Origin: Rhodospirillales bacterium
Lineage (GTDB): Bacteria > Pseudomonadota > Alphaproteobacteria > Rhodospirillales > CALINB01
Length of the DNA stretch: 56,845 nt
Direction: 5' to 3'
Assembly (NCBI GenBank): GCA_040904505.1
Contig: JBBDTH010000017.1
Location: 1 to 56,845 of the forward strand
Below the pieces are notes generated by a model. That model ran no database searches, had not been told where the DNA came from, and worked only from the letters and a program-made list of their open reading frames with translations. Within the stretch, counting starts at the first letter, position 1; every line of letters starts with the position of its first letter. This document shows, one piece after another, positions 36,703 through 45,423 of the stretch. Position numbers and translations under genes: made by a program.

Positions 36703-36758
36703 GTCCCGATTTTTCCCAATATGCCCGGGGTTTTTCACGATGTCCCGCGGTTTTTCCC
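36703..36758. repeat. Three phased direct repeats with T5 tracts (GTCCCG-n-TTTTTCCC type) just upstream of frmA
   Basis: gtcccgatttttccc (36703-36717), gcccggggtttttcac (36723-36738) and gtcccgcggtttttccc (36742-36758). T5 tracts begin at 36710, 36731 and 36751, a spacing of 21 and 20 bp. Confidence 0.8.
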
Positions 36759-36946
36759 GTTCTGGCGTCATGCAGCAAGGATAGCGCGATATGTAGGCGG
36801 CGCAAGGCTGGGTTCTGGGGTGAATCCGGGGCCGCCGTTGATCCCGGCGGCAATACCGGCTATAGCCCTGACACCGGCGCATGCGCGGGATGTTCATCCG
36901 ACAAGCAAGAACACCCGGTGTGCGATCCGTCATCTTGGGAGGCTAA

Positions 36947-38167
36947 ATGAGCGAACAAATCGGCCCGTTGAGCGGCCTTCGTGTGTTGGATTTGACCCGA
37001 ATTCTGGCGGGCCCGACGTGTACGCAAATTCTCGGCGACCTGGGCGCGGATATCATCAAGATCGAGCGGCCCGGCAAGGGCGACGATACCCGGCGCTGGG
37101 GGCCGCCTTGGGCCAAGAGCGCCAAGGGCGAGGATACCGAGGAAAGCGCCTATTTCCTGAGCGTGAATCGGAACAAGCGGTCGGTCACGGTCGATATCGC
37201 CAACCCGGAAGGCGTCGCGCTGCTCAAGCGCCTGCTGCCTCATTGCGACATCCTGGTCGAGAATTTCAAGACCGGTGGGCTCAAGAAATACGGCATGGAC
37301 TACGAGAGCCTCAAGAAGGAGTTTCCCAAGCTGATCTATTGCTCGGTCACCGGGTTCGGCCAGACCGGCCCGTACGCGCCGCGCCCGGGTTACGATTTCC
37401 TGGCGCAAGGCATGGGCGGCATCATGTCGTTGACCGGCGAGGCGGACGGCCAGCCGATGAAGGCCGGGATCGCGGTCGCCGATATCATGACCGGCATGTA
37501 CGCGACCGTTTCCGTCCTGGCGGCGCTGCATCACCGCGACAAGACCGGCCAAGGCCAGCATCTGGATCTCGCGTTGCTCGATTCCCAGGTGGCGACGCTC
37601 GCCTATGAGGCCGAAAATTATCTGATCTCCGGCAAGATGCCGCGCCGGCTCGGCAACGCGCATCCGAACATCGTGCCCTATCAGGTCGTGCCGACAAGCG
37701 ACGGGCACATCATCATCGCGGTCGGCAACGACGACCAGTTCAAGCGGTTCTGCGAGTTCGCCGACGCGATGCATCTGATCGAGGATCCGCGCTTCAAGAC
37801 CAATTCCAAACGCATTCAAAATCGCGACGACTTCAACCCGGAGATCAACAAGGTCACGCAGAAACGCACCCGCCAGGCATGGCTCGAAGGCTTGGAGAAG
37901 ATCGGCGTGCCGTGCGGGCCGGTGAACGACTTGAAACAAGTGTTCGAGGACCCGCAGGTAATCGCGCGCAACATGCGCATCACGTTGCCCCATCCGACGG
38001 CCGGTAACGTGGACCTGCTCGGCAGCCCGATCAAGATGTCGGAAACGCCGGTAACGTTCCGCGCGCCGCCGCCATTGCTCGGGCAGCACACGGACGAGGT
38101 GTTCGGCGAGCTTCTCGATATGAGCGCGTCCGAACGGGAAAAACTCCGCAAAAAAGGATTGATATAA
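36947..38167 (+). CDS. Family III (CaiB/BaiF) CoA-transferase
   Basis: 406 aa. N-terminal LSGLRVLDLTRILAGPTCTQILGDLGADIIKIERP...RWGPP is the family III hallmark. GGGAGG SD upstream. Confidence 0.9.
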   Translation: MSEQIGPLSGLRVLDLTRILAGPTCTQILGDLGADIIKIERPGKGDDTRRWGPPWAKSAKGEDTEESAYFLSVNRNKRSVTVDIANPEGVALLKRLLPHCDILVENFKTGGLKKYGMDYESLKKEFPKLIYCSVTGFGQTGPYAPRPGYDFLAQGMGGIMSLTGEADGQPMKAGIAVADIMTGMYATVSVLAALHHRDKTGQGQHLDLALLDSQVATLAYEAENYLISGKMPRRLGNAHPNIVPYQVVPTSDGHIIIAVGNDDQFKRFCEFADAMHLIEDPRFKTNSKRIQNRDDFNPEINKVTQKRTRQAWLEGLEKIGVPCGPVNDLKQVFEDPQVIARNMRITLPHPTAGNVDLLGSPIKMSETPVTFRAPPPLLGQHTDEVFGELLDMSASEREKLRKKGLI

Positions 38168-38171
38168 ACCG

Positions 38172-39821
38172 ATGCCCGACGACAGCACGACGACCCGCCC
38201 GATTGACCCGCTCTCCCTGCCGAAGCCCCGCCACGCCGCCGATATCATTGCCCGGCGCTTGGCCGAGGCCGGCTGCAAATACGCGTTCGGCATCCCGGGC
38301 GGCGAGGTGCTGCGCATGCTCGACGCGCTCGATCGTTACGATATTAAATTCATTCTCACCAAGCACGAGAATGCGGCCGGCTTCATGGCGCAAGCCACCT
38401 ACATGGCGGACGGCGCGCCGGGAATTCTGATTGCCACCGTCGGCCCCGGCATCTCGAACGCGCTGAATGTCGTCGCGGACGCGTGGCAGGACCGGATTCC
38501 GCTGATCGTGATCACCGGCTGCATGGACCCGGCCGACCGGGTGACCTACACGCACCAAGTGTTCGATCATATCGCCGTATTCACGCCCGTCACCAAGGGC
38601 GCGTTCGCCGTCGTCGACGGGATGATCGACAAGGCTGTCATGACCGCGACCGACGGCCAGCCGGGGCCGGTGCTGATCGATCTGCCGGTCAACGTCGCCG
38701 AGGCCAAGCAGCCCGAGGCCGAGCCGGTGCGCCGCGCCCGCGTCTCGCCGGCCGTGCCCGCCGGCGCGGATCTTGACACCGTACGCGGCTGGCTGATCGA
38801 ATCCGAAAAACCGCTGCTGATCGCGGGCGTCGACGTGTTGACCCAACACGCAGCCGAAACCGTGCGCGAATTCGCCTGGAACTTCAACGTGCCCGTGCTC
38901 ACCACCTACAACGCCAAGGGCGTGATGCCGGAAGACGATCCGTTGAGCCTGGGCGCCATGGGCTTGTCGCCGAAGGCCGACGAAATTCTGCAGCCGTTCG
39001 TGAAGGAAAGCGATCTGGTGCTGCTCGCCGGCTACGATCCCATCGAGATGCGGATCGGCTGGCGCGACCCGTGGGCGAAAGGCGCGCGCGTCGTCGATAT
39101 CGCGGCGGTCGCGAACACCCATTACGTGCATCACGCCGCGCTGCATTTCGTCGGCGACGTCGGAGAATCGCTCAAGGCGCTCGGCCAGGGCATCAAGCCG
39201 AACGAGACCTGGGCAAAAGGCCGCGCGGGCGAGGCCCGCAAGGCGCTCAGGACCGCGTTCGCGGCCGAGGAGGAGTGGGGTGCCGCCGCCGTCATCGCGA
39301 CCGCGCGCGAGGTTCTGCCGCGCGAGACCGTTACGGCGGTCGATACCGGCGCGCACCGGATTCTGTTCGATCAGATGTGGCAGGCGTTCGATCCGCGCGA
39401 CGTGATGCAATCGACCGGCCTCGGCACCATGGGCTGCGCGCTCCCGCTCGTGATCGGGCGCAAGATGGCGGAGCCGGGCCGGCCGGTCGCCGCGTTCGTG
39501 GGCGATGCCTGCCTGGAGATGATCATCGGCGAATTGGCGACCGCGCGCGATCATAAATTGCCGGTGATCCTGATCGTGTTCGTCGACGAATCCCTGGCCC
39601 TGATCGAGTTGAAACAGCGCGCCATGCAGTTGCCGAACCTGGGCGTCGATTTTTCGATCACCGATTTCCCGGCCATCGCGAAGGCCTACGGCGGCGTCGG
39701 CATTCAGGCCGCGTCGCGCGCGGCCTTGACCAAGGCGCTCAAGGACGCGCTCGCGGAACCGGAAAAGTTCACGCTGATCGCGTGCCCGATCCCGCGCCAG
39801 AACTACGACGGCAAGATTTAA
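38172..39821 (+). CDS. Thiamine-diphosphate-dependent enzyme (acetolactate synthase / oxalyl-CoA decarboxylase-like superfamily), substrate unknown
   Basis: 549 aa. N-terminal Pyr domain (AADIIARRLAEAGCKYAFGIPGGEVL...HENAAGFMAQ). C-terminal PP domain with an atypical ThDP motif, GDACLEMIIGELATA...VILIVFVDES, where GDG...NN is usual. Its start is 4 nt after the CoA-transferase stop. Confidence 0.85.
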   Translation: MPDDSTTTRPIDPLSLPKPRHAADIIARRLAEAGCKYAFGIPGGEVLRMLDALDRYDIKFILTKHENAAGFMAQATYMADGAPGILIATVGPGISNALNVVADAWQDRIPLIVITGCMDPADRVTYTHQVFDHIAVFTPVTKGAFAVVDGMIDKAVMTATDGQPGPVLIDLPVNVAEAKQPEAEPVRRARVSPAVPAGADLDTVRGWLIESEKPLLIAGVDVLTQHAAETVREFAWNFNVPVLTTYNAKGVMPEDDPLSLGAMGLSPKADEILQPFVKESDLVLLAGYDPIEMRIGWRDPWAKGARVVDIAAVANTHYVHHAALHFVGDVGESLKALGQGIKPNETWAKGRAGEARKALRTAFAAEEEWGAAAVIATAREVLPRETVTAVDTGAHRILFDQMWQAFDPRDVMQSTGLGTMGCALPLVIGRKMAEPGRPVAAFVGDACLEMIIGELATARDHKLPVILIVFVDESLALIELKQRAMQLPNLGVDFSITDFPAIAKAYGGVGIQAASRAALTKALKDALAEPEKFTLIACPIPRQNYDGKI

Positions 39822-39824
39822 GCG

Positions 39825-41021
39825 TTAAAGATTATTCCGCCGTGTTTTGCGCGACGGCAGGTCCTCGGTGAGTTTCGCGAAGGCCGCGATCAAATTCGCC
39901 TTGCCCTCGAAACCGAAGCCCGGCAGGTCGGGCACGGCCGTCATGCCGTCGGCGATCGTGAGGCCGTCGGTGAAGCCGCCGATCGGCTGATGGATGGTGG
40001 GATAGGCCTCCGTGCCGCCGAGCCCGAATCCGGCGGTGACGTGCAGCGACACCAGATGCCCGCCGTGCGGATAGAGCCGGGTGCGCGGGAAGCCGTGTTC
40101 TTCCATCATTTGAATGATTTTCGCGTAATGCGACGGCCCGTAGGTCCAGGACGGATCGAACAGGAAGTAGTCCTTGTCCGGGCGCATACCGCCGTACAAT
40201 AAAAGATTTCGGCAATCGGGCAGGGACATGAGGTTCTCGCCGGTCGCCATGCCGTTCCCGTACTCCGCGCACACCTGCGCCATCAGCCGGTAGTCGAGCG
40301 AGGTGCCCGGGTCTTCGAACCAGCGCAGGTTAAAGGGCTCGATGGCCTTGGCGAAGCGAACCGCGCCGTCGAGATCGAAACCGGAATTGGCGTCGACCAT
40401 CAGCCGGTCGTTCGGCTGCACCTCGAGCACCGCCTCGATTCGTTTTATGTCTTCTTCGAGCGGCGCGCCGCCGACCTTCATCTTCAAATCCGTAAAGCCC
40501 GCGTCCTGGTGGCCGCGCATTTCGTCCTGTAACTCTTTCAAGCCTTTGCCCGGCGCGTAATAGCCGCCGCCGACGTAGACCGGCACTTGGCTGCGCGCCG
40601 TGCCGCCGAAGATCGAGGCGAAATGAGCGGCGGCCGGTTTGTCGGCGATCTTGGCGGCGGCGTCCCACAGCGCGATATCGAGCCCGGAGAGGGCGGCGGC
40701 ACGATCGCCGTGCCCGCCGTCCTTTTCCTTTTTCATCACGACCGCCGAAACCTTGGCCGGGTCCAGATTGTCGCCCGTGTCGGTCAAGAGATCATCGGGG
40801 GCGGCCTTCAGGATGCGCGGGATCATGCGTTCGCGCCAGATCGACTCCTGGCTGTAGCGCCCAAGCGCGGCGAAACCGTAGCCGACGACGGGAGCACCGT
40901 TCTTGATCGCATCCGTCACCACGGCGCAGAGGCCGAGGGTCATGTCGGAGAAATCCATGGTCGCGTTGGAACGTTTTTCGCCGGTATCGATGGTGGCGGC
41001 GCGGATGTCGGTGATACGCAT
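39825..41021 (-). CDS. Enolase-superfamily protein, D-tartrate dehydratase (TarD)-like, paralogue 1
   Basis: Frame of ORF 39825-41486, but the family-like sequence starts at MRITDIRAATID (41021). KxK motif (LKMKVGG), metal ligands MVDAN / WFEDP / ATGENL, and PHGGH. Colinear with the neighbouring paralogue. Confidence 0.8.
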   Translation of the reverse strand: MRITDIRAATIDTGEKRSNATMDFSDMTLGLCAVVTDAIKNGAPVVGYGFAALGRYSQESIWRERMIPRILKAAPDDLLTDTGDNLDPAKVSAVVMKKEKDGGHGDRAAALSGLDIALWDAAAKIADKPAAAHFASIFGGTARSQVPVYVGGGYYAPGKGLKELQDEMRGHQDAGFTDLKMKVGGAPLEEDIKRIEAVLEVQPNDRLMVDANSGFDLDGAVRFAKAIEPFNLRWFEDPGTSLDYRLMAQVCAEYGNGMATGENLMSLPDCRNLLLYGGMRPDKDYFLFDPSWTYGPSHYAKIIQMMEEHGFPRTRLYPHGGHLVSLHVTAGFGLGGTEAYPTIHQPIGGFTDGLTIADGMTAVPDLPGFGFEGKANLIAAFAKLTEDLPSRKTRRNNL

Positions 41022-41044
41022 GACAGTCTCTCTATGGTTTGTCG

Positions 41045-42235
41045 TTATTCGGCGGCGGTTTTGCGCGACGGCAGGTCTTCGGTGAGCTTCTCGAAGCCCG
41101 CTATGAGATTGGCTTTGCCCTCGAAGCCGAAGCCGGGCAGGTCGGGCACGGTCGTCAATCCGTCCGCGATGTCGAGGCCGTCGGTGAAGCCGCCGACCGG
41201 CTGGAAACTGGTCGGGTAGGCTTCCGTGCCGCCGAGCCCGAGCCCGGCGGTGACGTGCAGCGACACCAGATGCCCGCCGTGCGGATACAATCGCTCGCGC
41301 GACCAGCCCTCGTCGGCCATCATGGCGACGATGCGCATGTATTCGCTCGGCCCGTAGGTCCAGGACGGATCGAACAGGAAGAAGTCCTTGTCCGGGCGCA
41401 TGCCGCCGAAGCGCATCAGGTTGCGGCAATCGTGAAACGACATCAAATCCTCGCCGGTCGCCATGCCGTGCGGATAGATTTCGCAAATTTCCGCCATCAG
41501 GCCGAAATCGAGATTGGAGCCCGGGTCCTCGTACCAGCGCAGTTTGTAGGGCGCCATCGCCTTGGCGTAATCGAGCGCGCGCGCCTCGCCCAATCCCGCG
41601 TTCGCGTCCACCATCAGTCTGTCGTTCGGCTGCACTTCGAGCACCGCCTCGATGCGTTTCATGTCCTCCTCAATCGGCGCCCCGCCGATCTTCATCTTGA
41701 GCATCGTGAAGCCGGCATCGTGATGGCCGTGCATCTCGTCCTGCAGCTCCTTCAGGCCCTTGCCCGGCGAATAGTAACCGCCGCCGACGTAGACCGGCAC
41801 TTTCGCGCGCGCCGTGTTGCCCGAAGCGTCCGCCAGAACCGCGGCCGCCGGTTTATCGGCGATCTTGGCGCAGGCGTCCCAGACGGCGATGTCGATGCCC
41901 GCCACCGCGACCGCGCGATCGCCGTGGCCGCCGTCCTTTTCGTTGCGGGTCATGGCCGCCCAGATCTTCTTCGGGTCCAGGGTGTCGCCGGCGTCGTTCA
42001 GGAGAGACTCGGGATCGGCCTTCATGATGCGCGGGATCAGGCGGTCGCGCCAGATCGGCTCCTGGCTGTAGCGCCCGAGTGCCGAGAACCCGTAACCGAC
42101 GACGGGGCGGCCGCCGCGCACGACGTCCGTGACCACGGCGCAGAGGCCGAGCGTCATCTCGGAGAAATCCATGATGGCGTTCGAGCGGTTTTCGCTCACG
42201 TCGAGGGTAAGCGTGCGGATATCGACGATACGCAT
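41045..42235 (-). CDS. Enolase-superfamily protein, D-tartrate dehydratase (TarD)-like, paralogue 2
   Basis: 396 aa starting MRIVDIRTLTLD. Same motifs (LKMKIGG, MVDAN, WYEDP, ATGEDL, PHGGH). About 70 percent identical by eye to the gene at 39825-41021. Confidence 0.8.
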   Translation of the reverse strand: MRIVDIRTLTLDVSENRSNAIMDFSEMTLGLCAVVTDVVRGGRPVVGYGFSALGRYSQEPIWRDRLIPRIMKADPESLLNDAGDTLDPKKIWAAMTRNEKDGGHGDRAVAVAGIDIAVWDACAKIADKPAAAVLADASGNTARAKVPVYVGGGYYSPGKGLKELQDEMHGHHDAGFTMLKMKIGGAPIEEDMKRIEAVLEVQPNDRLMVDANAGLGEARALDYAKAMAPYKLRWYEDPGSNLDFGLMAEICEIYPHGMATGEDLMSFHDCRNLMRFGGMRPDKDFFLFDPSWTYGPSEYMRIVAMMADEGWSRERLYPHGGHLVSLHVTAGLGLGGTEAYPTSFQPVGGFTDGLDIADGLTTVPDLPGFGFEGKANLIAGFEKLTEDLPSRKTAAE

Positions 42236-42321
42236 GGCTGGCAGGAACCTCCCGTTTGAATTAGACTTGACCCGCTTGTCCGGCCCGGGCAGGCACCGAC
42301 TTTAACCCCAGGACCGGCCCG

Positions 42322-43884
42322 ATGAAACCCGTTTCCCGGCGCACGTGGCTCAAGCGAAGCGGTGCCGCCGCCGCCGTGAGCTTGTCCGCGCCTTATGTGT
42401 CGCGCCTCGCCCACGCGGTGCCGGGCACGAACAAGGGCGATAATCTGTTTTCGCTCGGCGTCGCTTCGGGCGATCCGTTATCGGATAGCGTCGTTCTCTG
42501 GACCCGGCTCGCGCCGAAACCCTTGGAGCCCGGCGGCGGCATGCCCCTGAAACCCGTCGACGTCGCTTGGGAGATTTTCGAAGACGAAAAGATGACGAGG
42601 ATCGTGCGACAAGGCACGGCGCCGGCGCATCCCGATTGGAGCCATTCGGTGCACGTCGACGTGCGCGGACTTAACTCGGCACGTTGGTATTGGTATCGCT
42701 TTCGCCTCGGCGATCAGACCAGTGAGATCGGCCGCACCCGAACCGCGCCGGCGCCCGGCGCCGCCGTGGAAAAATTGAGGTTCGCCTCGGCCTGCTGTCA
42801 GAAATACGAGGACGGCCATTACACCGCCTATAAGCATATGCGCGACGAGGATTTGGACTTCGTGCTGTTCCTCGGCGATTACATCTACGAAAAGGAAGCC
42901 AGGCTCGGCAAGCCGCGCGCGCACGATCTGCCCTTGGCCGAGACCTTGGAGCACTATCGGGCGCGCTATGGGCTTTATAAGAGTGACGAAAACCTCAAGG
43001 CCGTCCATGCCGCGTTCCCGTGGATCGTCACCTGGGACGATCACGAGTTCGCCAACGACTACGCCGACGATGTCGATACGCCGAACGGCGAACGCTCGCC
43101 CGAGTTCCTCGCGCGCCGGGCGAACGCGTATCGGGCCTATTACGAACACATGCCGCTGCGGGCCGCGCAGAAACCGAAGGGCCCGCACCTGAAGCTGTAC
43201 CGGCGGTTCCGGTTCGGCGATCTGGCGGCGGTTCACGTGCTCGATACCCGCCAGTACCGCACGCCCCAGCCGTGCGGCAACAAGACCCGGCCGGTGTGCG
43301 CGGAAACCGACGATCCCGAACGGACGATCCTGGGCCGGGAGCAGAAAGCCTGGCTGCTCGACGGATTGGCGAACACGCCATCGCGCTGGACCGTCATCGC
43401 CCAGCAGGTGCCGATGATGCAGCGGAACAACCCGAAGGGCGGCGTCGCGCGCTACAACATGGATAAATGGGACGGCTACCGGGCGGACCGTAACGATCTG
43501 CTGCGGTTCATCGGCGAGCGGAACATCGCCGACGTGATCGCCTTGAGCGGCGACGTTCACACCAATTTCGCCGGAGATTTGAAATACGATTTCGACGATC
43601 CGTCGTCCAAGACCGTCGGCAGCGAATTTATCGGAACGTCGATTGCCTCGCGCGGCGACGGCCACGACCTGTCCAAAAAGGGCAGAAAATTCCTCGAGGA
43701 TAACGGGCACCTGAAATTCTATAACCGTCAGCGCGGGTATCTGCTGAACACGGTCACGCCCGACTCCTGGCGGGCGGATTTCCGGGTGATGGAATACATC
43801 AGCAGGCCCGGCGCGCCGGTTCGAACCCGCGCGTCCTTTATGGTCGAGGCTGGCAGGCCGGGGTTGAAGAAGCTGACCGGATAA
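42322..43884 (+). CDS. phoD: Alkaline phosphatase D family protein with Tat signal
   Basis: 520 aa. Twin-arginine leader SRRTWLKRSGAAAAVSLSAPYVSRLAHA. PhoD motifs FASACCQKYEDGHY, FVLFLGDYIYE, TWDDHEFAND. Confidence 0.85.
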   Translation: MKPVSRRTWLKRSGAAAAVSLSAPYVSRLAHAVPGTNKGDNLFSLGVASGDPLSDSVVLWTRLAPKPLEPGGGMPLKPVDVAWEIFEDEKMTRIVRQGTAPAHPDWSHSVHVDVRGLNSARWYWYRFRLGDQTSEIGRTRTAPAPGAAVEKLRFASACCQKYEDGHYTAYKHMRDEDLDFVLFLGDYIYEKEARLGKPRAHDLPLAETLEHYRARYGLYKSDENLKAVHAAFPWIVTWDDHEFANDYADDVDTPNGERSPEFLARRANAYRAYYEHMPLRAAQKPKGPHLKLYRRFRFGDLAAVHVLDTRQYRTPQPCGNKTRPVCAETDDPERTILGREQKAWLLDGLANTPSRWTVIAQQVPMMQRNNPKGGVARYNMDKWDGYRADRNDLLRFIGERNIADVIALSGDVHTNFAGDLKYDFDDPSSKTVGSEFIGTSIASRGDGHDLSKKGRKFLEDNGHLKFYNRQRGYLLNTVTPDSWRADFRVMEYISRPGAPVRTRASFMVEAGRPGLKKLTG

Positions 43885-43885
43885 G

Positions 43886-45139
43886 TCAGCGTGCCGCGCG
43901 CGCGGATACCTCGTCCTTCGGCAGCATGAAGGCGACGGCGTTGGCCAGCAGCAGGATGCCGGCGGCGAGATAGAACACGCTCACGAGTCCGTACTTATCG
44001 GCGAGAAGGCCGGCGATCAGCGGGCTCGCCACCTGCAGAAGCGTCTGCGTGGTGAACATGAGATTGGTGCCGGAGCCGCGCAGTTCGCTCGGCACGATGT
44101 CCATCATCCAGCTCAGCATCACCGGGCGCAGGGCGTAAATAGAAAAGCCGACGATGCAGATGCCGATGACCAGGCTGATTTCGTCCTGCAGAAACGTGAG
44201 CGCGACAATCGCGATCGTGGAAATTCCGAGCGCCCACATGGTCAGCGGGCGGCGGCCGTATTTGTCCGACGCCATGCCGGCGGGCACGGCGGCGAGCGTG
44301 CCGCCGAGGTTCATGGCCGTCAGCGCCAACCCGGCCATGCCGGCGGCCTGAGCCGGCGGCACGTTGAGGATTTCGGCGACGTAGAACGGAAAGAACAGGC
44401 GGATGCTGCCCTGCGCGGTCGAGCGCAGGCCCGCCATGATCGCGAGCCCGATGACGGCCTTGTTCTTCAATTGCACGATCATGCCGTCGATGTAGGATTT
44501 GACGTCCATGCCGTCCTTTTCCCGGAACGTGGCGGAGCCGTTGTCGCGCACGATCAGGTAGAAGACGAACGGCAAGGCCACCACCACCGGCCAGACGTTG
44601 ATCAGCGCCGTCTCGCGCCAGGTGAACTGGATGAAGAACCAGCCGGAGATCATGCCGCCGATGACGGTCGGCGCGAGGAAATCGGCGAAGCTCGAACAGA
44701 CACTGTGAATCGAAAGGACGTAACCGCGGCGGTCGTCGTAGCGGGTCGCGAGGTAGGGAATCGCGGCGGGGTGCCACAGCGAGTTGCCGACCGTGATCAG
44801 CGCGGCCGCCAGGGTGAACGTCCAAAAGCCGGTAGCCAGGCTCATGACCACCATGGACACGCACAAAATCAGAAGTGCCACGATCTGGAAGCGTTCACGC
44901 CGGCCCATGAGGTCGGTCAGCGGGCCGCTGACGAGATTTGTCACGAACCCGGCGGCGTAATAGACCGTGCCGAACAGGCCGACGTCAGTGTAATCGAGGC
45001 CGAATTCCTTCTTCACCAGCAGCATCAGCACCGTCGGTACCATGTGCAGCCAGTGGGTTGCACCGTGGGCCAGGCTGACCGTGAAGACCGTGATCTGGTC
45101 GCGCAGGGAGAGCGGTGCGAGTGTCGCGGCGTTGGCCAT
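43886..45139 (-). CDS. MFS transporter
   Basis: 417 aa, 12-TM pattern. MFS loop motif GPLTDLMGRRE between TM2 and TM3. It is the last gene of the same-strand array starting at 50413. Confidence 0.85.
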   Translation of the reverse strand: MANAATLAPLSLRDQITVFTVSLAHGATHWLHMVPTVLMLLVKKEFGLDYTDVGLFGTVYYAAGFVTNLVSGPLTDLMGRRERFQIVALLILCVSMVVMSLATGFWTFTLAAALITVGNSLWHPAAIPYLATRYDDRRGYVLSIHSVCSSFADFLAPTVIGGMISGWFFIQFTWRETALINVWPVVVALPFVFYLIVRDNGSATFREKDGMDVKSYIDGMIVQLKNKAVIGLAIMAGLRSTAQGSIRLFFPFYVAEILNVPPAQAAGMAGLALTAMNLGGTLAAVPAGMASDKYGRRPLTMWALGISTIAIVALTFLQDEISLVIGICIVGFSIYALRPVMLSWMMDIVPSELRGSGTNLMFTTQTLLQVASPLIAGLLADKYGLVSVFYLAAGILLLANAVAFMLPKDEVSARAAR

Positions 45140-45272
45140 GGCTGTCCGGAAAGGATTGCTGAACGATGTGCGGGGAGCCTACCCGGATTCGCCTCTATTG
45201 AAAACGGTTATCGTCCAATAGGGGCTATGCGTTACCCGAACGGAAGGACCGGAAGAACAGCTTTTTGGTATT

Positions 45273-45380
45273 CGTCATTGCCCGGCGAAGTCCGGGCAAT
45301 CCAGGCGGTGAGCTGGATGCCCCGGGCGGAGCCTGTCCTCCGGCCGGCCCTTGGCCGGTCCGGTGGGCCGGGGCATGACG
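45273..45380 (+). repeat. MITE/REP-like hairpin element, copy A (108 nt)
   Basis: CGTCATTGCCCGGC...CCGGGCAATCCAGG...CTGGATGCCCCGGGC...GGCCGGGGCATGACG. Terminal inverted repeat CGTCAT/ATGACG. Stems ATTGCCCGG/CCGGGCAAT and ATGCCCCGG/CCGGGGCAT. Its ends match copy B at 48092-48201. Confidence 0.85.
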
Positions 45381-45423
45381 ATTAAAGGAGACAGCGACGT
45401 TCCGCTAATAGGTCTGTCCTGCG

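Noticed and set aside
36860-39554. Antisense ORFs 36860-38317 (485 aa) and 38031-39554 (507 aa)
   Set aside because: They lie opposite the CoA-transferase and ThDP enzyme genes. They have no motifs and Arg/Ala/Gly/Asp-biased composition.
41022-41486. 155-codon N-terminal extension of ORF 39825-41486 (553 aa)
   Set aside because: The extension is Arg-rich and overlaps the 3' end of the neighbouring paralogue. Both paralogues align from MRI(T/V)DIR, so the start at 41021 is preferred.
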